IMG/VR virus record: IMGVR_UViG_3300018068_000002
Span: 21,423 to 85,422 of that record
Strand: one strand, 5' to 3'
DNA length: 64,000 nt
Source of the DNA: a virus
Taxonomy: Duplodnaviria; Caudoviricetes
The notes under the pieces are model-generated. The model did not search any database, was not told the origin of the DNA, and worked only from the letters and a program-made list of their open reading frames with translations. The translations under genes were made by a program, and so were the position numbers. Of the stretch, positions 51,003 to 58,317 are shown piece after piece; the stretch's first letter is position 1, and the number at the start of each line of letters is the position of its first letter.

Positions 51003-51122
51003 ACGGTGGTAGTGTAATGGCAAGCACAGTTGACCAAAAAAATGTATCTGGACATAGGTGCATACAGCAACTTTAATTAATACAATCTGCAAGAGTAGGT
51101 CCAATTCCTACCCACCGTACCA
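51003..51122 (+). ncRNA. tRNA-like RNA whose anticodon loop is replaced by an approx. 50-nt stem-bulge module
   Basis: Acceptor ACGGTGG/CCACCGT+ACCA, D arm GTGT/GCAC, T arm GTAGG-TCCAATT-CCTAC; insert A7-TGTATCTG-GACA-TAGGTGCA-TACAGCAA. Confidence 0.75.
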
Positions 51123-51171
51123 GTGTTTGGTTTGTCAGTAGACTTCCGTTGTGTAAGTAACTGTTATTTAT

Positions 51172-51247
51172 CTACCTCTAGCACAACTGGAAGTGCAACA
51201 TTTTTCTAAAGTGTTGGTTACAGGTTCGAGCCCTGTGAGGTAGACCA
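51172..51247 (+). tRNA. tRNA-Arg(TCT)
   Basis: Cloverleaf, loop TTTCTAA, TTCGAGC, CCA. Confidence 0.9.
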
Positions 51248-51291
51248 ATTTTAACACTTTGGTAGTTTGAGTGTATAAAATTACCATACAT

Positions 51292-51369
51292 GGCCAATTC
51301 GTATAATGGTTAGTACAGCGAGCTTTGACCTCGCAAGCGGAATAGGTTCAATTCCTCCATTGGCTGCCA
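51292..51369 (+). tRNA. tRNA-Gln(TTG), bulged T stem
   Basis: Stem GCGAG/CTCGC, loop CTTTGAC, CCA; 3 extra nt in the T stem. Confidence 0.85.
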
Positions 51370-51527
51370 CAAGGAAGATTGCCCGCAAAGGCATAAAACT
51401 CTCGCCGCTAAAGGAGACAAATAACTGTGTAGGAAACTTGGCAGTTGGAAGATGATTAATAAATTGATATAAAAGGAGTAATTGATTATGAGGAATACAA
51501 TCTTGTAACACTTAGGAGGTGTTGCAT

Positions 51528-51704
51528 ATGTCGCTTGATAAAGCAATTAAATCTGGAAAAGAACATCGTAAACCGTATTATGGAGCACAAGCCTGTGATG
51601 CAAGTTGTAGGCCACACGGTGGTTGCACATATTGTAGAGAAGGTAGACTTCATAAATATAAAAAGAAAATGTTAAAAGAAAAAGATTATAAATCAGAAGT
51701 TTGA
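51528..51704 (+). CDS. small basic conserved phage protein
   Basis: ATG after AGGAGG; MSLDKAIKSGKEHRKPY...SCRPHGGCTYC. Confidence 0.7.
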   Translation: MSLDKAIKSGKEHRKPYYGAQACDASCRPHGGCTYCREGRLHKYKKKMLKEKDYKSEV

Positions 51705-52060
51705 CATTAGTTAAAAAGTATGATATACTATAAGAGTAAGAGTGGTAAAAGTGCTCCCTCTTATATTTAGAAACGCAGATTCCGCACATCTGGCAATTGT
51801 GAAAAACTTTATTCTCACATATAGCATATCAAAGCTCTTGACAAATGTGTGAGAATGTACTACACTAAGTATATGGTTATAAGTGTGGGCTATGAGCCTG
51901 ATCTTCGGGAAGTTTATCTGGTCAAAAAAGAAACTTCGACCCCTGCCGTGGTTGGTAAATGGCGTGTGGACGCGGATCATGCGTTCGAGACTACTGGGAA
52001 CAAAACTCTTAGTGAGACAAAATCCCTGCTGTTGGCAGATCAGTAAAACTGCCATCATAT

Positions 52061-52135
52061 TCCTTCGTGATGAAACTGATATCATGCTTGACTGTTAATC
52101 AAGTTTTCTAGGTTTAAATCCTAGCGTTGGAGCCA
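52061..52135 (+). tRNA. tRNA-Asn(GTT)
   Basis: CTTGA-CTGTTAA-TCAAG; two U-U acceptor mismatches; T loop TTTAAAT; CCA. Confidence 0.85.
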
Positions 52136-52204
52136 TGACGCTTTGGCGTTATTTTCGGGACAAATAAACAAAACCCGTATTTAATTTGAGATAAGAGAAA
52201 AATA

Positions 52205-52885
52205 ATGAATCAATATCGTAAATTTTTACTAATTGCGATGGGGTTCATGACTTTTTTTATTGTTAGCACAAAAAGTTTTGCACTAAATGGTGTAAGCATA
52301 ACAGAATTAATTGCGAAGGCTAAAAGTAAAATTTGGCAAGAATACCCAGGTATAGAAGAAATATGGCCTCCGTGTTTAAACGAACATTTTACTATTCAAG
52401 AAACAGTGATTCTAATAATTAAAAAAACAATTGCAACAACGGGAACAACAACAACAATAGCGACAACAACAATAACAGAAAAAGAAACTCAATCAACTGG
52501 AGATTATTGGATAGATGAAATTGTGAGATTAACAAATGAAGCAAGAATTAATGAAAGATTAAGTGAATTAAAACTTAGTTCTTCTCTTAATCTAGCCGCA
52601 TCAATTCGTGTAAATGAATTACCAAATAGTCCAGATATTCATATAAGACCAAATGGAGAACACTTCTATACAGTCTTTAATGAAGTTGGTCTTTCTCCAT
52701 CGAGAGGTGGAGAAAATTATAGTATTGCTACTGCAAACTGTTATTCTCCAGAACAAATTGTAAATGCTTGGTTGGCTTCACCAACTCATAAAAAAAATAT
52801 TATGAATGGTGAATATACTAAAATAGGTATTGGACATTGTATAAGTGGTGATGATGAATATTTTGAACAACTTTTTACAAATTAA
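52205..52885 (+). CDS. exported CAP (SCP-like) domain protein
   Basis: N-terminal signal/TM, Thr-rich linker, LTNEAR...HIRPNG...GEN...VNAWLASPTHKKNI..EYTKIGIG. Confidence 0.85.
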   Translation: MNQYRKFLLIAMGFMTFFIVSTKSFALNGVSITELIAKAKSKIWQEYPGIEEIWPPCLNEHFTIQETVILIIKKTIATTGTTTTIATTTITEKETQSTGDYWIDEIVRLTNEARINERLSELKLSSSLNLAASIRVNELPNSPDIHIRPNGEHFYTVFNEVGLSPSRGGENYSIATANCYSPEQIVNAWLASPTHKKNIMNGEYTKIGIGHCISGDDEYFEQLFTN

Positions 52886-52924
52886 ATATTTGACTTCAAT
52901 TAAAAATTATGTTATAATTATATT

Positions 52925-53150
52925 ATAAGGTTAAGAGAAATCTTGTGTCGTTTTGCAGTATCGGAGAAACTGCACGTCTAATCAAATAGCTTTTGGCTCG
53001 TTCGTCGTTAAGACGAACCTTGGATAGAGTTGCCAGCGTGAAGGTACAATAGATCGCTGGACGAAATCCCACACTATAATCTTGAGTTATACCTAGGAAG
53101 ATGCTCATAACAAGGTGTGGAACTGTGCACAGTCTAGTAAACCAAAAGAT
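52925..53150 (+). ncRNA. unnamed structured RNA candidate
   Basis: After a consensus promoter, no plus-strand ORF; stems TGCAGT/ACTGCA, GTTCGTC/GACGAAC, CCAGCG/CGCTGG, CCACAC/GTGTGG. Confidence 0.5.
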
Positions 53151-53221
53151 ATTTGATTAGGCGTAAAAATCTAAATTCTCTCCAAAAACAGCAGTAAAAG
53201 TGATTTTTCTGGTGAAAATAT

Positions 53222-53297
53222 GGCACTATCTTCTAATGGATTCGGAAAGCGGCCCTTCAAGTCGTTAATCAGAGTTTAATTCTCTGTAGTGTCACCA
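53222..53297 (+). tRNA. tRNA-Glu(TTC)
   Basis: Loop CCTTCAA, T loop TTTAATT, CCA. Confidence 0.85.
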
Positions 53298-53298
53298 T

Positions 53299-53628
53299 TG
53301 ACAAGCTACCGTCATAAAACAAGCCGTGCTTAGGCCACGTTAAACTCCTATGACCTAGTTATGTCATTAAACCAACTTCCAAGGAATGTACACCTAACTG
53401 TCAAAAGCTAAAAGTACCGAACAGTCAATCGTCAGGAACTTGGTAATTGCGCCATGAAGCAATGGGTCGTTATACACCTTTAATAAAGTATAACGAGGAA
53501 TTCATTCCGATAAAATGGACGGCTTCCAACACTCCGTAAGTTGAACCCAAACCGGAAAGGTAGATATGTTGGCTGATACTTGGCTAAGAGCTAAGCGCGC
53601 ACTCGTAAGTGCAATGATAAACTTGTCA
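53299..53628 (+). ncRNA. unnamed approx. 330-nt structured RNA candidate
   Basis: Ends pair (TGACAAG/CTTGTCA); internal stems CGTG/CACG, ATGAC/GTCAT, GTTATAC/GTATAAC, GCAC/GTGC; no ORF. Confidence 0.55.
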
Positions 53629-53696
53629 TTTAAAATAAGTGAGTCGCCCGACCAGCAGGCGATATAGCGGATATTGCTTCCGATGCTGGTTTATAT

Positions 53697-53772
53697 GGTA
53701 GTGTACTCAAACGGTCAAGAGGAACGTCTGATACGCGTTTATTAATAGGTCCGACTCCTATCACTACTACCA
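53697..53772 (+). tRNA. tRNA-Ile(GAT)
   Basis: AACGT-CTGATAC-GCGTT; T loop TCCGACT; CCA. Confidence 0.8.
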
Positions 53773-53898
53773 CAGTTCTCTTCATAGTCGTCGTTAGTCG
53801 ATAAAGACGAAAAACTCGACCACCAAGTTCTTCGGAACTCAAACATTTGACAACACTCAAAAACTATGTTATAATTATATTATAGCAATTGGAAATGC

Positions 53899-54465
53899 AC
53901 CTTGACATTACTAATAAATAATCTTAACCCAGTGAAGAACGTCTAATCAACGTGCTGGGAGTTTAGGTATATTGAGTTATCTATAAATGGGATACTTTTT
54001 ATAGGTAGGACTTTTTAATAGTAGTAATACTGTTAATCGAGAGGGAAACCCTCAAGGATAACTAGACGTGCTTATTGTATTGGAAGAATAAGACACACAA
54101 CTTTTCGGCGTCGTAATAGGCAGCCCTGCGGGAAAGAAGCCAGCAAGTCATTGATGGGAGTCAATGAACCGCTACTGGTAACTCCAAACAAGACGTTTCG
54201 TTGTGAAACACAGAAATGTGATATAAGAAAAGTAGGTGGTTCGAGTAGCTCAAGACGAATTCTGGTGATAAAGAGATTTACAACTCAATTCTGAATGATG
54301 GGTGAAAGTTGCAGGAAAAAAATCCTGTGCGTGCTAGGTCGAAAGATTGGGCAGGAAGTTAGAGGTCGCTCCTCGAAGCTCAGACCTGTCTACACGGTGG
54401 TCGAATATTCCCTAATATGATTGGTAAGGCGAAAGTCTAAAATTATTTGTTAGTAATGTTAAGGT
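53899..54465 (+). ncRNA. ROOL-like large ornate RNA
   Basis: 22-bp terminal helix 53901-53922/54442-54463; blocks AGTGAAGA, TGGGATACT, GAGTAGCT, GTGAAAGTT, GAGGTCGCTCCTC match ROOL segments as recalled; approx. 570 nt; promoter at 53848; tRNA context. Confidence 0.75.
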
Positions 54466-54472
54466 TCAATTA

Positions 54473-54528
54473 AAGATACTCACAGCAACTTCATTTTCAC
54501 CAAGGATATGAAAAACCCAAAGTATCTT
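54473..54528 (+). ncRNA. ACAGCAA stem-bulge RNA, copy b
   Basis: AAGATACT-CACAGCAA-payload-AGTATCTT. Confidence 0.7.
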
Positions 54529-54534
54529 GTATAC

Positions 54535-54609
54535 GGTTTCGTAGTTCAATGGACAGAATAGTGGATTGTCACTTCACAGACGCCAGTTCAATTCTGGTCG
54601 ATACCGCCA
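54535..54609 (+). tRNA. tRNA-Asp(GTC)
   Basis: GTGGA-TTGTCAC-TTCAC, TTCAATT, CCA. Confidence 0.88.
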
Positions 54610-54611
54610 TA

Positions 54612-54860
54612 GGCAAGTACGCCTTTAAAGTGCCGATACCGCAAATCGTTAAAGGATCAGGCAACTCGATGGGAAGTTGTGACTCGCCAATCCGTCCACG
54701 ATTGGTCGGAGTGTCTTCTCCGAGATCAAAGAACAGTACAATAATGTGCTATAGAGGTTGCGGCCGCACCTCAAATTATCCCGCTATCTTTATTGGGAAA
54801 AGGAAAGACGGATTTTAGCGATTAGTTATACGTAGTGCACGTAAAGGCGCAACTATCGCA
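54612..54860 (+). ncRNA. unnamed structured RNA candidate
   Basis: Consecutive hairpins CAACT/AGTTG, CCAATC/GATTGG, TCGGAG/CTCCGA, GAGGT/ACCTC, GCGAT-AGTT/AACT-ATCGC. Confidence 0.5.
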
Positions 54861-54869
54861 ACCAAATTA

Positions 54870-54921
54870 AAGATACTCACAGCAGCCTTAAAAACAAATT
54901 GTTAATGATAAAATGTATCTT
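54870..54921 (+). ncRNA. ACAGCAA stem-bulge RNA, copy c
   Basis: AAGATAC-TCACAGCAG-payload-GTATCTT. Confidence 0.7.
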
Positions 54922-54941
54922 GTTTAAAAAAATAATTATTA

Positions 54942-55000
54942 TAGGCACTTACAGCAATTTTAAAACTAGTAAAATCGTATTTACACTTTTAAAGTGTCTA
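54942..55000 (+). ncRNA. ACAGCAA stem-bulge RNA, copy d
   Basis: TAGGCACT-TACAGCAA-payload-AGTGTCTA. Confidence 0.7.
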
Positions 55001-55038
55001 GTTAAATACATTGGCAGATGTATAAACTGCCACCATAT

Positions 55039-55111
55039 CGCAGGGAGAATTGGCATTCAAGTGAGGCTCATAACCTTACCTCCACAGGATCGTAACCTGT
55101 CCCTGCCCCCA
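55039..55111 (+). tRNA. tRNA-Met(CAT), initiator-like, shortened D loop
   Basis: C1 mismatch, GTGAGG-CTCATAA-CCTTAC, T loop ATCGTAA, CCA. Confidence 0.8.
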
Positions 55112-55293
55112 GTAGAGAGTGATTTATATCACTCTCTTTTTCTTGATTTTAGTCTGTACTTATGCTATAATTATAATAATAATTATATTATTACTCTAGT
55201 TAAAAAGAAAAAAATTGAATGGCAGTAACGTTGACTAAAATCAATACGTATGATATAATATTATTATAATAAAAATGAAAGAGGAGACTACTT

Positions 55294-56262
55294 ATGGATA
55301 CCAAAGCTAGAGTTAGAGCAAGAGAATCTCTCGGAGTACTTGAACAGGCACTTGCCGAAATTTTTGCAGAAAAGAAAGCTGATGAAATCGCAGGTCAAGT
55401 CTTAAATTCTGTTAAAACAAAAATTGATTTGTTTATTAAAGAGAATTACGGGGATCTTCCTCGTAAAACTACTATTCGTTATAATACAAAAGATATTAAG
55501 TTTGATGAGGTTGTTCATGAAAAATTTGAAACAATTTTGTCTTTCGTTCACCAAAATGAACCTGTTTTTATCACTGGACCTGCTGGTTCTGGTAAAAACG
55601 TAATTTGTAAACAAATTTCAAAAGCTCTTGATCTAGAGTTCTATTTTGCCAACGCTGTTACTCAGGAATATAAAATTACTGGATTTACAGATGCTATGGG
55701 ACGTTATCAAGAATCTCAATTTTATAAAGCCTTTAAAGATGGCGGGTTATTCATGCTGGACGAAGTTGATGCTTCTATTCCAGAAGTTTTGATTATTCTT
55801 AATGCCGCTATTGCTAATAGATACTTTGACTTTCCTGCGCCTATTGGAAAAATTGAAGCACACGAAAACTTTCGTATCATTGCCGCAGGTAACACTTTCG
55901 GTACTGGTGCTACATATCAATATGTTGGACGTAATCAGCTTGATGCCGCATCTCTTGACCGTTTTGCAGTAATCGAAGTTAATTACTCTGAAAATATTGA
56001 AAAAAGTGTTTGCCAGAATAATACTGAACTTATCACTTTCTGCCGCGACTTCAGAGAAGCTGCACGCAAAGCAGGAACTCAGACTATTGTTAGCTACCGT
56101 GCTATGGGTCGTATTGCTAGAATGGAAGATAATCTTGACATGGAAACTCTTCTTAAATCTAGCTTGCTTAAAAACCTAGAAAGAGACGATATCAAAATGA
56201 TTATCGGTGGTTTGAAGCATCAGAATAAATATAGAAGTGCTTTGGAGAGGATGGTAAAATAA
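55294..56262 (+). CDS. MoxR/CobS-like AAA+ ATPase
   Basis: GPAGSGKN, MLDEVD, IAAGNT, LDAASLDRF. Confidence 0.88.
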   Translation: MDTKARVRARESLGVLEQALAEIFAEKKADEIAGQVLNSVKTKIDLFIKENYGDLPRKTTIRYNTKDIKFDEVVHEKFETILSFVHQNEPVFITGPAGSGKNVICKQISKALDLEFYFANAVTQEYKITGFTDAMGRYQESQFYKAFKDGGLFMLDEVDASIPEVLIILNAAIANRYFDFPAPIGKIEAHENFRIIAAGNTFGTGATYQYVGRNQLDAASLDRFAVIEVNYSENIEKSVCQNNTELITFCRDFREAARKAGTQTIVSYRAMGRIARMEDNLDMETLLKSSLLKNLERDDIKMIIGGLKHQNKYRSALERMVK

Positions 56263-57093
56263 ATGAATATCCAGGGAGAAGTTAAAACTTCTGATGGTAG
56301 AATTAAATATGAAATCTTTGAAAGTACAAGCGAACTTGCTGTATCCAACAAAGAGAGAAAATTTAGACATGGTGACGATACTATGCGTAGAAGCATTGGT
56401 GGAGATTGGCATGGTGTTAAATCATATGATGAAGCTGAAGAACTTCTCTCTAATGGTTGGACATATAAAACCGATGAATTGCGTAAAGTAATTAATGGTG
56501 TTGAAAAGAAAATTTATGAAAAAAGAACTTCTTTTAAAAACAATGTAGTAGGATACGTTCCTATTGTTCCATTGGCTATTCAAGGAGTTCCAAACTCTAT
56601 GATTGATGTTCATTATAAACCAATGAAATCGAAAATTGTTGATATTTATTACGATATTACTGTAAACTGCGGCACTTCTCCAGAAGAAATTTTGAAGCAA
56701 GGGATTGCAATTACAGAAGCAATTATTGATCTTGAAAGACAAGGATATCGTGTAAGACTTAGTGGGGTACAAAGCTATTCTAGCAGCAAAACTGCTGATT
56801 TGCTAGTTATTCGTATTAAAAATGAATCTCAACCTCTTGATCTAAAACGTATTATGTTTCCAATGATGCATCCTGCTATGTTTAGAGTTATTGGATTTGC
56901 ATGGTATGAAAGATGTCCATTTTCTACTGAGCGTAGTGGCTACGGTCATAATATGAGTAGTGAATGGGAATATGAACAAATTAAAGAAATGATGCAAAAA
57001 GCGTTTGGAACAAGTATTATCTATCTAGGAGCTGCTAAAATGGGTAATGATCCAAGAGCATATATTGAAGAAAAATTGAAAGGATTAAAATAA
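56263..57093 (+). CDS. vWA-like (CobT-like) partner protein
   Basis: Abuts the ATPase; DITVNCGTS, AIIDLERQGYRVRL, MHPAMFR. Confidence 0.7.
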   Translation: MNIQGEVKTSDGRIKYEIFESTSELAVSNKERKFRHGDDTMRRSIGGDWHGVKSYDEAEELLSNGWTYKTDELRKVINGVEKKIYEKRTSFKNNVVGYVPIVPLAIQGVPNSMIDVHYKPMKSKIVDIYYDITVNCGTSPEEILKQGIAITEAIIDLERQGYRVRLSGVQSYSSSKTADLLVIRIKNESQPLDLKRIMFPMMHPAMFRVIGFAWYERCPFSTERSGYGHNMSSEWEYEQIKEMMQKAFGTSIIYLGAAKMGNDPRAYIEEKLKGLK

Positions 57094-57185
57094 GAGGCGA
57101 AAGTCCTCTTATTTTTTTCAAATTGTTGACTCTAGTTAAAATTTATGATATAATTATATTATAATGATGAAAGTAGAGAAAAGAT

Positions 57186-57380
57186 ATGAGAGACCCCAGA
57201 AGAATCACAGGAACTCTTAGAATTTTTGAAAGACTCTGGAATAGACATCCAGATCTTAGATTCCAACAAATTGTTGATTTAATCAATACTGAAATTATTT
57301 TTAGTGGAAAAGATCCTCACTATATTGAAGAAGAAAAATTAAATGAAATCATAATTAAATTGATTAATAAGACCTACTAA
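57186..57380 (+). CDS. small conserved phage protein
   Basis: MRDPRRI...W..HPDLRFQQ. Confidence 0.7.
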   Translation: MRDPRRITGTLRIFERLWNRHPDLRFQQIVDLINTEIIFSGKDPHYIEEEKLNEIIIKLINKTY

Positions 57381-57406
57381 TTGAGTTTTTTTAACTCAAT
57401 TTTTAT

Positions 57407-57472
57407 GGCTCATACTCAAGGCGAGGGCAATGTTTCATACACATTTGCAGAAATGGTGGCATTTTGCCACCA
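57407..57472 (+). pseudogene. truncated tRNA(CAT) remnant
   Basis: D-like CTC/GAG and AATGT-TTCATAC-ACATT arms, but no T arm; ends in the hairpin TGGTGGCA-TTT-TGCCACCA. Confidence 0.5.
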
Positions 57473-57525
57473 AAATCTTGTGATTTATTCTAAATAAATC
57501 TACATCTATTATAGGAGGTGATTTT

Positions 57526-58206
57526 ATGGGATTAATTTATAAAATTACAAATATAATAAATGGTAAAATGTATATTGGACAAACATCTTTTTCTTTAGAG
57601 CAAAGATGGATTAAACATTGTTATGATGCAAAAAAAGAAACAATGGAACAAAGACCTTTATACCAAGCAATGAATAAGTATGGAAGTGAAAATTTTCAAA
57701 TTGAAAAAATAGAAGATTGTGAAGATGATGATTTAGGTTGCCGAGAAATTTATTGGATTAATAAACTTGATACTTATAAAAATGGATATAATGCTACTTA
57801 TGGTGGCGAAGGTAAAAAACTTTTTAATACTGAAGAAATAATTAAAACATATGAAATGGGATTTTCATATGAGAGTACAGCAAAAGTAGTTGGATGTTGT
57901 CCATCTACTGTTCAAAAAACAATTAAAAGTAAAGGATATTCAAGAAAACCTTTTGAATATTTGTTAAAAAAACAAAAAGCAATAAATCAATATTCATTAA
58001 ATAATGAATTTATTCAAACATTTGATTCTGCTGCGGAAGCAGCAAGATACCTTCTCAATCAAGGTATTATAAAAAACTATAGTGGTGGAATAAGAAGTCA
58101 TATTGCTGACGCTGCAAAAGGAATAAAAAGAAAAACTGCTTATGGATATAAGTGGAAATTTGTAGAAAATTTGCCAGAAGACCAAGGAGGTAGCAATCTT
58201 TCATAA
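57526..58206 (+). CDS. free-standing GIY-YIG homing endonuclease (Seg-like)
   Basis: GLIYKITN...MYIGQT, GYN, NUMOD1-like C-terminus. Confidence 0.9.
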   Translation: MGLIYKITNIINGKMYIGQTSFSLEQRWIKHCYDAKKETMEQRPLYQAMNKYGSENFQIEKIEDCEDDDLGCREIYWINKLDTYKNGYNATYGGEGKKLFNTEEIIKTYEMGFSYESTAKVVGCCPSTVQKTIKSKGYSRKPFEYLLKKQKAINQYSLNNEFIQTFDSAAEAARYLLNQGIIKNYSGGIRSHIADAAKGIKRKTAYGYKWKFVENLPEDQGGSNLS

Positions 58207-58244
58207 GGATTCGCGATTAGGTTCAAATCCTAATTTTGGCACCA
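58173..58244 (+). tRNA. tRNA(CAT), Met or Ile2; overlaps the endonuclease 3' end
   Basis: GCCAGAA/TTTTGGC, AATCT-TTCATAA-GGATT, TTAGG-TTCAAAT-CCTAA, CCA. Confidence 0.75.
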
Positions 58245-58299
58245 TAGGCACATACAGCAAATCAATTGGATTTGAAATCCCGCTAAAAAAAGGTGTCTA
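58245..58299 (+). ncRNA. ACAGCAA stem-bulge RNA, copy e (leader of the DUF2828 gene)
   Basis: TAGGCAC-ATACAGCAA-...GGA-TTTGAAA-TCC...-A7-G-GTGTCTA, then GGAG RBS. Confidence 0.75.
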
Positions 58300-58317
58300 G
58301 AAGGAGATAAAGGAAAA

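Noticed and set aside
51033-51085. Group I or archaeal-type tRNA intron
   Set aside because: Far too short for group I, no P/Q/R/S elements, no clear bulge-helix-bulge, and no clean anticodon loop results from removal; it matches the ACAGCAA family instead.
51849-52046. tmRNA with a tag peptide
   Set aside because: No GGGG...TTCGAC 5' end, no Ala acceptor with CCA, no AA-ending tag.
53299-53628. RNase P RNA
   Set aside because: GAGGAA is present but not GAGGAAAGUCC with the matching 3' P4 strand in the right order.
53899-54465. GOLLD RNA
   Set aside because: Length and the recalled conserved blocks fit ROOL better; needs cmsearch to settle.
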